Shown: positions 52,234 to 64,000 of the stretch, piece after piece
How positions within the stretch are numbered: the first letter of the stretch is position 1
Layout of the letters: every line of letters begins with the position of its first letter
The notes under the pieces: generated by a model
The model's input: the letters and a program-made list of their open reading frames with translations, nothing else
Told to the model about the DNA's origin: nothing
Database searches by the model: none
DNA from: Selaginella moellendorffii
Taxonomy: Eukaryota > Plantae > Lycopodiophyta
DNA length: 64,000 bases
Direction of reading: 5' to 3'
NCBI RefSeq assembly: GCF_000143415.4
Contig: NW_003314326.1
Span: forward strand, 1,061,616-1,125,615
Position numbers and translations under genes: made by a program

Positions 52234-54079
52234 CAGCAATAGCATCAACCTCCATTGGAACAGAACCATCACCCATAGGAAGTGGAGCTGAAGGACATGC
52301 AACAAGAAGTGAAAGAGGTGACGTCTCATAACGTTGTGTCAAGCGAAGAGCATCGTCAAGGGTGGCGGGAGCAAGTGCATGCACAAGTCCAACAAGATCT
52401 TGATGAACTGTTGGCCACAACATTCCTAGCTTGATCCGCTCCGACATATTTGGCTCCGCACGAAGCAAAAGACTTCGGAAACAAACGCCAAATTGCATCA
52501 CCGACTCAGATGGCTATTGGCGAAAATGATGCAATTGTTAGAAGGCATCATCATAGTTGTCGGCATGTCCGAAGGCATATTTGAAGACGTCCGGGAGAAC
52601 ACTCCAATCCCCACGAGTGGTTGCGCACAAACCATTGTTCCACTGCAACACCGTCCCTTGGAGACACATGGGAAACTCATGTAAACGTCGAGCATCATCC
52701 CAAAAATGATATGTGGCAATTATTGTGAAGTGATCGAACCAATGGTATACATCATCCCCAAGATTCCTACAAAAGAACTTTGGCTAAACGCAAGGATTGG
52801 CACCAAGAGTAACAGGAGTTGTACCACGTGTCATGAATGCCGCCATCAATTGAGTTTGGTTGTTCAATTGCAAGCACATAGCATCAAGTAATTGTACCAA
52901 TTGCTACTCCATAGTCAAAGGAGGAGATTGTTGATCTGCCATGAAGATGAATGAAAAAGAAATAGCAAAAGAAGAGAAATGACAAAAATCTAGAAGGAAA
53001 TGGTAGATCTAGACAATGCAAAAAGCTAGATCTAAACCAAAATCCTAAAAGAAAAGAATAAAAAAAAAGAAAATAGAAAAAGTTAGATCTAGACGATGCA
53101 AAAACTAAATCTAAATTAAAATCCCAAATCTAGGCACTCCTCAAGTACAATCAAAGGTGCCCTTCATCTTTACCAATGTGAGTGTTTGGAATATGGAAAG
53201 GGAAAACAAAAAATGTACATATCAATTAGCTCAAAAGCCCTAGGTTACATATAGAAGCAAGTGGTCCGGATTGAAACCAAACCAATGGCTATTAAAAATC
53301 CCACTACACTAATATTAGTATACAGCATTGTAGCTGTACACTTGGCCCTCACAGATAAATCTTTGATATTTATAAGTCAAAAAGCATATAGTGTAGATTT
53401 AAGATAGCTTTTCTACAAAAAAATTCTATCTTATTTAAAATTTTGATTTTTTACATATAGTAAATATTTAAATTCTTAGATATAAAGCCTCTAATAAAAT
53501 ACTTTTATTATATAAAATGCAAAGATAAAATATAGTACAAAATTAGGTTCACCATGAACTTAATTTTAAAATTTTATAACATTTGTATTAAACTGTATTT
53601 AAAATTTGAGCTCAGCTCAGAAACTTAATACTTGAGCTTATTAGCTTAAGAGTGGTCTGTGCTCACCTTATCTTGGTACTAGCATAATCTCATACTCCAC
53701 ACTTCTATAAATTTTTGAATTCAAACTTCCCAGAAGATCACCTAGCTAGCCACTATTCAAACCTAAGGACTCAATTGGAAAAAAGGGTGTACTTTAATTA
53801 TGGGTCCTTTTCCTTTATATTTGAACTCTTATAGGCCATTTTTCAAATTGTTCTTTTTGGTTCTTTATAATCTATTATGCTTTTCTGCAAATTCACGCCC
53901 TTATGAATGAAAACAGAAAGCTGCAACTCTCTACTCTTAAGACAACTAAAAAAGGGCCAATTACTTGATGAAAGAGCCTTTAGTGGCTATTTTATCCCCA
54001 TTTATCTCCCAAGGTTTCAAAGATCTATGGTGACAGTATATCCAAATCTCATCCCATGATCACATGCACTACATTCACA

Positions 54080-57000
54080 TGTAAGCGACTATTTTTTCCA
54101 TTCTACTTTAGTCACTTAACCACCTCTCTGATCACTAGGAGGAGTCTCACTCACAACCTCCATAAGTCCAATTCAAGATAGAGGGTTGTTACCCCGAGAA
54201 TGGCATCCATGCCACTCAACCTTTGCACTTGGTCTAAGTGCTCCACGTGTTTGATCCCATGACCAACACTTCAAGGTACCACTGACATATCAGCCCATTA
54301 CGCTAAGGCCATGCCCATTCACTTTGGTCACATCAGTGGTCTGACGCCACCTACATCACAATCCCGTCTCTCAAAAACTGGGCCATCCGTCCATGAGTGA
54401 TCATCCCAGATCCACTCCTTGGCATCCTTAGGATGCCTGCAGATATAGGGAATAGCCTTTCCCAATATCCCTTTCCAGTCCCCACCAAGTTTTCTTCTCA
54501 TGGCCGTGTTTGCCAACACTACCATTGGATTGAGGCCCACAAGCCCGACCACTAAGTCCCACGGTCCTCTGAGACTTCCTCACCACACGACTGTATCCTT
54601 GGTCACTACACCAGAGGACTACTCTTCTTCCTTTCCATAGTCTGGGCCTTTGGGACAACATTTCAGAACACCGTGGCCCTACGCAAACCTCATGGGTACT
54701 CTCTTTTCCTTCCACCTTTAGGTGCTCTAGCCATGGGTTTAGAATGAGGTTTCATTGAGCCACGCCAGGTATCCAAGTAGGTAGTGCCACCACACTTGGA
54801 TTGGAAGTATTAACCATTTGATTTCCCGGGGGAACTAGAGCTGGCTCTTGAAGTGTTCTTGGCCTAACTTTGCCATTTGGATTCTTTTCCATGATTCCCA
54901 TGGCTCTTTTTTTAGCCCCTAGTCTTTTGCTCCTATCCTTGATTGTTGCACCCAGCAATATAGGATTGCTACCTCCACTCTCGAAGTATCCTTTCAGTTC
55001 CATAGCAAAGACTTTGCTTTGCCAAATCCAGAGGGTGTTCACCCCTAGTACATATCTTTAACATCTTTTGTTATGGGCTCTATCCATAGCCCAACTTTGA
55101 GACCCTTCCATAGGTCTCTTATAGAAACTACTTTCTTCGGACTTGCTATGCCATTGCATTGACACAGCTCATTTCCCTTGGGTGTCCCTCCCACTTGGTC
55201 ACCTTTACCAAGCCACACCATCTTCAATAGTTCAAATCAACACTTTGAACTAAGAACTTTATTCCTTAACCTCACAAGGACCTTGTCCTTGTTTTAGCCA
55301 TAAAATCATATAGTGATCACACCTTGGTCATCTTAACAGGTTTGTTAATAAGTACTAAGTCTTCTAGACCTTTAACTTGTTGACCATGACCCCGGGGGCA
55401 TCCCCCACACTTGGCGGTGCACCCAAACCAGCCCTTCCGGCCAAGGGTGCATAGCAACTAAAACTAGATGTCCCCATCTCATTCACCACGACCTTGGTGC
55501 CACTCACACCAAAGTATTCAAGTTAGATATGCCGAGCCACACTAAGCAATCTAACTGTGCATCACGACTCTAAGGCATCCCCCGCTTGGCAGTGTGCCCA
55601 AGCCAGTCTCTTTACTAAGAGTCTATGACCACCGAAAAATGAGTGTCCTCATATTCCAAACCATCACCGAGCCCTAGTAAGTTGGGACTCAAACCCAAGA
55701 CTAGAGGGTTGGGACTCGAACCTAACCTCCATATATGCATCTATGGAAGGCATAATACAAGATGCCTGGTGTGACTCCCCACACTGGTGCACCAACTTAT
55801 ACTTAAAGCGCGCTACAAATCACAGCTTAGGAACCTAGTTCCTCCACACTGCCAAGTCTTTTTACTTGACATGTCTGTGATCATGCATGGACTCCTCCAT
55901 ACTTGGCCCCATGGGCCACCCCTTTTGAAGTTAGCATCCTTAACTAGGGTATTTGTTCCCTCGACTTGCCAATCTCACTTAGCAAGTCATCCGACCACCG
56001 TAACACACCGTAACATGGTTCATGCACAAGCGTGAAAGCCTTTATCCATCAACTTTCGTTCAAAACCCTCTCTTTGAACACTCAGGAATTACTTCCCTAA
56101 TCTTAATAGCCTCGCCTCATGGCAATTGCTACGCCACTCTGATTTCTTGCGCTCTATAAACCATTTACACTTGGCTTTCTAGGTACTTATTTACCTAGAA
56201 TCGTCTTTGGGAACCTTCAAAGAACTCTGTTCCTTAGCTTGCTAAGGCCTCTCTTTTCACAAGCTTTCTAATTGCCATATGATTTAACATGGACAATTCC
56301 ATGCTTTAGACTCTTCGTGGCATCACGGTTGCTAGTGACAATATGCTTGAGCACCCATTTGATTTTCCACTCCCAACTTGCATAACCACCCTTGGTTATG
56401 CCTGTCGATTCCTATGGTTTGGTTCTATCCCTTTACTACTTGCTTTTTGGCCTCATACATTTCCTTCGGTCATTCTCTTCTAGATTAGGAGGATAGCTTT
56501 GCACTTTCTACTATGCCTTAGCAAGTATTGATAGGGATGAATCTACCTGATAGCCTAGGGAGTGGTTTCTCAATCCGAGTATGCTCACCTTGTAATCCCA
56601 CACACTGAGATTAACATTGCTACTTATGGGCTTTTATATACTCATCACTAGCCTTGCTAAAGTCCCTTTTTGGCTTGTCCAATTTAGGTAAACAGACTTC
56701 TCCTATCTTCGCAACTTTGGACATTTGGATAACACCTCCTATCCATCATTCACTAGGGACTTTGTCTCTTGGGCCTTATCTGTGCCCTCACGACACCAAA
56801 CACCACCTCTTGGTGCTCTAGAGTGTTTGGGTGTCCCAATGATGGCCTTTTTGGCAATGAGCATTTCTTTTACGACATTGACTTACTATATCGCAACATA
56901 AGCAATTTCTCCCCCATAAGGGTATATCTAACTTCCTTATCCCCATAAGAAGTTTTAGGTAGTTACCTTTTACCAGTTTAACCAATGATTTTGCACCTTT

Positions 57001-60000
57001 TGCTTAGTTACCTCATAGTTATCAAGTCCTACAACTCATTGCTAGTGCTTTCACACCTTCATCATTATTTGGGTCACCACACTCCAATTGTATGCCTTCC
57101 AGCTTAGGCTATGCCATTCCCATTTCCATTAGGATTCCTTTGGGAAGGGGTTCTCATAAATCTACCAACTTGACCTCAAGGCAACACGTTTTGGCACATT
57201 CGGTGTCTCTACACCATTGGCTCTACAAGCCACCTTTACGACACTCCCCACTTGTGTCGGGGTCTTTGCCAAGACTAAAACAATCGTTTCTCATGCCAAC
57301 TATCAGTTAACATTGCACCATAGTGTTCACACATAACTCTATGCCAAAGTTGCTTTATTTTGGGGAACACTTTTCCCACGACTTTAGTATGGCACATTTT
57401 GCCATTGATGAGATACCCTTTGTTCACATACTTGGATCCTATGATTCCCCCATCCTTTGTGGGGTACAACACACTTTAGTCCAAATGCTTCCATCAATCC
57501 TTTAGGATTATTCTTTGATTCTATTTAAGTCATCCAGCTTTTTGGACTTTGTCAATTCGACGACCCATAAAGTCTTATATTTGAGGTGCCAGCTCACTGG
57601 AATACAACTTCTTGGACCCAAGACTCACAAGGACCGTTACTCTGACATTTGATTTGTTCTCTAGGGGCAACCCTTTTGCCCCTTAGGACCATTTGTCCAT
57701 GTGATGAGAATACCAACCCATCCTCTAAGTACACCCCCAACTCCTTGGGTTGTTCTAACATTTATTAGAAGTAGCCCCGACTACCATTTCAAGGACTTAT
57801 GTCCTTTTCTGACGGTCATCAATTCCAGTCTCAAATTTATAAGCACTAACCTCAAGATCTCAAAGTCATTCCCTTACTGGCCCTATTCCATCCACCATAT
57901 TGCGCATAAGTTCACACATGAACTTGAGAGTGGAGAGCCATGTCCTCTCGACATGCTCCTCCTCGAGGATATGTCCATACTTAGGACCTTCCAATTCCAA
58001 TACAAGTGGTGATATACTTGGCCACCAATAAGAGTTAGATAAAGGAATAGCTTCGATACCAAATTGTAAGCGACTAATTTTTCCATTCTACTTTAGTCAC
58101 TTAACCACCTCTTTGATCACTAGGAGGAGTCTCACTCACAACCCCAATTCAAGATAGGGGGTTGCTACCCCGAGAATGGCGTCCATACCACTCAACCTTT
58201 GCACTTGGTCTAAGTGCTCCACGTGTCCAATCCCATGACCAACACCCCAAGGTACCACTGACATATCAGCCCGTTACGCTAAGGCCATGCCCATTTACCT
58301 TGGTCATACCGGTGGTCTGACGCCACCTACATCACAGTGTAAGCGACTAATTTTTCCATTCTACTTTAGTCACTTAACCACACCTCCGACCACTTGGAGG
58401 AATCTTACTCACAACCTTCATAAGTCTTATTTTGGACTTGGGCTTGCTAGCCTCGAGAATGGCATCTCCGCCACTCAACCTTTGCACTTGGTCCAAGTGC
58501 TCCACATGTCCGATCCTGTGACCGACACCCCAAGGTACCACCGACATATCGGCCCGTTACGCTAAGGCCATGCCCATTCACCTTGGTCACACCGATGGTC
58601 TAACGCCACTTGCATCATAGTCCCGTCTCTTAAAGACTAGACCATCCATCTGTGAGTGATCATCCTAGATCTACTCCTTAGCATCCTTAGGATGTTTGCA
58701 GACATGGGGAATAGCCTTCCCCGACAACTCTTTTCCAGTCCCCACCAAGTCCCTTTTTGTCCATAGCCGTGTTCGCCAACATTGCCACTAGATCAAGGCC
58801 CGCAGGCTCGACCTCTAAGTCCCACTATCCTTTAGGACTTCCTCACCATGTGACCGTATCCTTGGTCATTGCACTAGATGACTGCTCCTCTTCCCTTTCA
58901 CCGTTTGGGACTTTGGGACTACATTTCGGAACACCCTGGCCTTACGCAAGCCTCATGGGTACTCTCCCCACCTTTCGCCTTTAGGTGCTCTAGCCATGGG
59001 CTTAGAACGAGATTCCGTTGAGCCACACCAGGTATCCAAGTAAGTAGTGCCACCCACACTTGGACTAGGAGCATCGGCCAGTCGATCTCCCGGGGGAACT
59101 AGAGCCGGCTCTTGAACACTTCACCAAGCTACCCCGCTTGTTGGTCCGTGTTCACTCTAGTCTTGGACTTCCCAGTGGGCAGCTCATCACCCAACACTGG
59201 GTATAGCCTTCCTGGGCGAAACTGGCCTTTCCTGGCCAAATTGGCTCCACTGCAGTCCTCCCCCTACTATACTTTTGGAGCTCACCAAACCCCCCAGGGT
59301 CTGGGAGACGAACGCTTTGGGCCTTCACCCTCTCAGACTTGAACTCGGACTCGGACTCGGCCTCAGTCTCGGTCCCGATCTCGGTCCCGGTCTCGGTCTC
59401 GACCTCGGACTCCATCTCGGGTCCTTCTCGGACTCCATCTCGGGTCCATCTCGGACCCCATCTTGGACTCCATCTCGGGTCCATCTCGGACTCAATCTCG
59501 GATCCATCTCGGGTCCATCTCGGGTCCACCTCGGACTCCACCTCGGACTCCATCTCGGACTCCATCTCGGGTCTGTCTCAAACTCGATCTCGGATCCATC
59601 TCGGGTCCATCTCGGGTCCACCTCGGACTCCACCTCGGACTCCACCTCGGACTCCATCTCGGACTCCATCTTGGACTCCATCTCGGGTCCGTCTCGAACT
59701 CAATCTCGGATCCATCTCGGGTCCATCTCGAGTCCACCTCAGACTCCACCTTGGACTCCATCTCGGACTCCATCTCGGACACTTTCACGTGTCATGTGTT
59801 GGTCCTTTTTGGATCCCTTTTTGGAGCCTCGCTTATTGCTCGCTTCGTGCTTGTTCCTCGAGCACTTTGTTGGGAGTTCCACTCCTACTCTCAACCTTTC
59901 AAGTCGGAGCTTTTAGTCCAAACGTATTACGCTCATTTGGCTTTCGCTTCGGCCACTACCATGTGGCACCCTTCTGGCTCCACTTTGGGGCCTAGGGATT

Positions 60001-61091
60001 TTGTGTCTCACACACAGTCCCGTTTCTCAAAGACTAGGTCATCTGTCCATGAGTGATCATCCCAGATCCACCCCTTAGCATCCTTAAGATGCCTGCAGAC
60101 ATAGGGAATAGCCTTCCCCAATATCCCTTTTCTGATCCCCACCAAATCCCTTTCTGCCCATGGCTGTGTTCACCAACACTACCACTAAATTGAGGCCCAC
60201 AAGCCCGACCACTAAGTCCCACGGTCCTCTGAGACTTCTTCACTATATGACTGTATCCTTGGTCACTACACTAGAGGACTACTCTTCTTCCTTTCCACAG
60301 TCTAGGCCTTTGGGACAACATTTCAGAACACCGTGGCCCTATGCAAGCCTCATGGGTACTCTCCCTGCCTTCCACCTTTGGGTGCTCTAGCCATGGGCTT
60401 AGAGTGAGGTTCCGTTGAGCTATGTCAGGTATCCAAGTAGGTAGTGCCACCCACACTTGGATTGGGAACATCGACCATTCGATCTCCCGGGGGAACTAGA
60501 GCTGGCTCTTGAACATTTCACCAAGCTACCCCACTTGTCAGTCCATATTCACTTTAGTCTTGGACTTCCCAGTGATCAGCTCATCACCCAACACTAGGTA
60601 TGGCCTGCCTGGGCCAAACTAGCCTTTCCTGGCCAAACTGGCTCCACTAGGCTCCAACCCCCACACTCTCCTTACTATACTTTTGGAACCCCCCCACAGC
60701 CCCCCCCTCCCCCTGGGGGACGATCGCTTTGGGCTCACTTAACAGCCTGTATTAGTATTCGGACTTACTCAAACTTGGACTTGGACACGGTCTCGGTCCC
60801 AGTTTTTCGGACTTGGACTTGGTCTTGGTCTCGGTTCCATCTCGAACTCCATCTCGGGTCCATCTCGGATCCATCTCAGACTCTATCTCGTGTCCATTTT
60901 CTAGAGACTCACTTATCACTCACTTCATGTTTGTTCCTCGAGCGCTTTGTTGAGAGTTCCACTCTCGCTCTTGCCCTTTCAAGTCGGAGCTTTTAGTCCA
61001 AACGTGTTGTGCTCATTTGGCTTTCGCTTCGGCCACTACCACGTGGCACCCTTTCGGCTCCACCTTGGGGCCTAAGGATTCTATATCTCAC
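54080..61091 (-). mobile_element. Decayed LTR retrotransposon complex G with partially duplicated LTRs
   Basis: LTR sequence at 54080-~54860 and 58065-~60010 (PBS-like GCTTCGATACCA adjacent; internal duplication near 58337), further partial copy to 61091 followed by a PPT-like tract; interior is heavily mutated gag-pol. Confidence 0.65.
59340..59780. repeat. 11-12-bp tandem repeat (CATCTCGGACTC / CATCTCGGGTC) within LTR
   Basis: Direct reading; similar tracts at 8550-8790 and 36880-37140. Confidence 0.9.
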
Positions 61092-62290
61092 AACTCACCC
61101 CCCTTCGAGAGATGTCAATGTCCTCATTGACTATTGACTATTGACTCACAGCACAGGAAGTTTTCAGAAACCAAACTTGAAACAATTCAATTAAAACAAA
61201 ATTGACACAACTGGATTCAGCACTTGCCTTGTCAAAAGACAGGTTTTGCAGCACACACAAAACAGCTTTGTCTTGCTCCACTGCATCCAAAATTTGGAGA
61301 ATCAGGTTATGACACCTTGGCAGCCTCTTCTCTATAAGCATCGTTGTACCAAGAGTCCTAGTGATTGTCCTTGTAGAAGTGTTTCCTTGTGAAGCTCTAG
61401 AATCAAAGTTCGTGCTCGAACTACGCTGATATCCAGAGAAACAAGAACATGTTCTTGAGAGCCATACGTAGCTAGCCAACTGGTAGAGACTTTTGCTGGC
61501 TTTTGCTGGATCGGAGAAGCGAGCTTTCAATCTGGGGAGCGTCAAGCGCCGCAGAGCTTGCAAGTTTCGCGAATGCACGGAAGAGGAGGAACCGAAAGGA
61601 ACCAAAACTTCCAAGTTCCAGCCTTGAGGTGGCTCTCGGTATGGAAGTGACAACCAAATGTTGTCCTCTCTATACACGCTGCTTCATATTTACAACAAGC
61701 GGAGATAAGAAGACACCCTCTTCACCAGCATATGACTATTGACTATTGACTAACAACCTTTATTGAGCCAAAGGGAACTAGCACTTCCATTTTCACACTG
61801 AATTTATCAATCCTTCCATTGTGTAGACTAGTTATTCCATGTGAAGCAACTAGTCATTCACCTATACCACACTGAATTTATCAATCCTTCAATTGTGTAG
61901 ACTAGCTATTCCATGTGAGGCAACTAATCATCCACTTGTACTGTAGTCCTATAGTGGATACCTTCATCTGTGGATATTCCACCAAAAGGAAGGACATACG
62001 CATGGATCCCTAATATGTATGATTTTAAATTTAGGGGTAGAAATATACCTTGCTCAAGGGTATATTATATTTTTAAGTAGCCACTAATCAATAGGAATCA
62101 AACCTGTGCTATTTGCTCTGATACCATATGTAGCACACTCTATCTTTCTCCCCTTAAGTCAACTGGAAAAGGGGTAATTACTTTATGAGAGAGCTCTTAG
62201 TGACTATTTTATCCCCATTTATCCGCCAAGATTCCAAGGATCCACAGTGATAATACATCCAAATCTCATTCCATGATCATATGCGCTACA

Positions 62291-62690
62291 AACTCTCTCG
62301 AAAGTCTTGCTCTCTCTTTAGTTGTTTATAATATATTATACTTCCTTACAAGTTCACACCCTCATGAATGAAAGCTAAAAGCCATAACTCTCTCGAGAGC
62401 CCTGCTCTCTTGACACCCTACCCCTCAGATTGAGCCCAACTAGAGATGTTAATTTAAACATGTGGTGTGATTTCACTAGCCAACTAATAAAGTTGAACTT
62501 AAGACCTTTTTAATTCTAAATATAATCCCATAAATTTGGACTTTCCAAGAAGTTAATATTATTTAAACCCAAGGACACTTAACCCCAAAAATCCCAAAAT
62601 CTTTAACTAATTGGAAAAAAGGGTGCACTTTTATTTATGAGTCATTTCCCTTTATATTAAAACTCTTATGGACCATTTCTCAAATTGTTT
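62291..62690 (-). mobile_element. Degenerate Cassandra remnant (another near 53707-53930)
   Basis: Similar to the units of 44442-46417. Confidence 0.6.
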
Positions 62691-64000
62691 TTTTTAGTCT
62701 ATGAACAATTACATAGAAATATAAGCCACCCCTAGCCCATCCAACCTAATAGAACCATAATAGAGGCAATCCATGTGAAAATTTAAATGGAAAGACATTA
62801 ACAAACTCCTTAAGTACATCCTAGATTGTTCTCCCCCACATGTGGCTTAGTCCCTTAAATTATGAACAAATAGTAAGTAATTTGAAAGTGGCTTTTTTAT
62901 CATGACAAACTCACTTTAAAGATGTAATCAAGGGTAAAGAGTAAATTCTTTTTCCAAACCACATATCCTTGATGCCATTATACTTTAATGAAATGTGCTT
63001 AATGCTCCACTTTATCATTAGATTTATAATTGCCTTCCAAGAAAAGATATATATAATAGATTTTCATGAGGTATAAAATCTCTGCAAGTGTGGTTTTGCC
63101 AATATTGAAATGTTGTATAAGGGTTGTTGCAGCTTTTACTATGTCCTCATGTCATGGGGCAAAGAATCTCTGACACACCATTATCATTTACTGAATGATT
63201 AAAATTTATTTCTATTGTTCAAGTGGATAAAATTCCATAGATTTATAAAGAGTTATATGCCTTCAAAAGGGCTACGAAGTCATGCTTCTTAAAACTTTGC
63301 TAAAATAAAATTGTTATTCCTCCTATTGTCTAGTAAAATTTATATTGGACCACTATATAATACGCCTTCCAACATTAAAACTAATACACGAATGTCCTTA
63401 ACCTTTGTTTTATTTTATACATAACGATTGAGAGTTTGTTCCTTGGACCAAAAGAATCTTCCTCATCAATCCTCATGTTGTAAATTTTGCAACTTCTTAA
63501 TATTTAATTTACCATCATTAAAAAACTAAATATTTTTCTTGCTTTATTGTTTATTCTTTAGCTGTGGACAATTAGTCTTGTAATGTTTAAGCTTGCCACA
63601 TTAATGACAACTTTTGTTTCCACTTAGTTGTTAGTCAAGCCAGCTCAAGTATGTCAAAAAAAAAACAAAAAAAAAAAAAACGCTAGCATGCAGGAGCTTG
63701 CAAGCACATTTGCTGAGGGATTTCGCTGCAAGCCCCGGGGCTGCTTGACGGCGAGCATGCTCATGGATGCCACCGTTACCAAGCCCGAAATCTAGCGAGT
63801 AAACTGGGTATCGCCTTAACCAGTTGATAGCAGCGCGAATTCTCCTCCTCGCTCAGGGGCCAGGGGCAGCCATTCCATACGAAAGCTGGTTTGTGCCATG
63901 GAGAACACCAAAAGTCACGAAGGCCTGACAAAAACAAGTGAAAGCAACGCCACATTAGTTCTCTCCAGCAAGCTCGACGCGTTGCTAGCAACTTAAAAAC

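Larger units (their letters stand above)
48359..53353 (-). mobile_element. Compact (5.0 kb) Ty3/Gypsy element D with ~177-bp LTRs, 4-bp TSD and internal inversion
   Basis: LTRs 48359-48535 and 53177-53353; GATA on both flanks; gag and RH-INT on minus, zinc knuckle-PR-RT on plus. Confidence 0.88.
39759..53664. mobile_element. Relic family E, copy 2 (inverted relative to copy 1), expanded by later insertions
   Basis: 39759-39840 matches rc of 7975-8052; 48300-48358 matches rc of 2760-2815; 53480-53664 matches rc of 2454-2610. Confidence 0.45.

Noticed and set aside
59152-60056. Many long overlapping ORFs on both strands (SDSISD, LGLHLG, PRWS repeats)
   Set aside because: Artefact of a stop-free 11-12-bp tandem repeat in an LTR; same for 8580-8874 and 37040-37264
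61138-61677. 179-aa minus-strand ORF flanked by TGACTAT repeats
   Set aside because: No recognisable domain; lies next to a retroelement PPT, probably non-coding
63655-64000. Poly(A) tract followed by GC-rich sequence
   Set aside because: Truncated by the window edge; cannot be classified

Overview
Repeat-dominated land-plant genomic DNA (plant telomere motif, Cassandra TRIMs, chromoviruses, one SPH gene; species not identifiable) with one assembly gap (1624-1723). Most of the window is nested, decayed Ty3/Gypsy LTR retrotransposons. The central object is a 13,033-bp cut-and-paste DNA transposon (20741-33773) with perfect 24-bp TIRs and a 4-bp GATT target-site duplication, inserted in the RT of a chromovirus that is itself inserted in the LTR of another Gypsy. 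It encodes a Sola1-like DDD transposase, now disrupted. Divergently, it encodes an apparently intact ~1600-aa, 10-exon protein combining a ParB-like domain, a degenerate DNA amino-methyltransferase-like domain, acidic/basic linkers and an FCP1/SCP-type HAD phosphatase. The element carries about 23 copies of a 22-bp palindrome (ATGGCRTG-N6-CAYGCCAT), several inside introns, which I did not see outside it; this suggests a transposon-encoded protein/cis-site system (parS-like or anti-silencing). Other notable items: two short GT-AG introns in the chromovirus integrase, two relics of a possibly related DNA transposon family (one with an MTase remnant), a six-unit Cassandra tandem array, a Gypsy with an internal inversion, and an S-protein homologue gene. 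All domain calls are motif recognition by eye; no searches were run.
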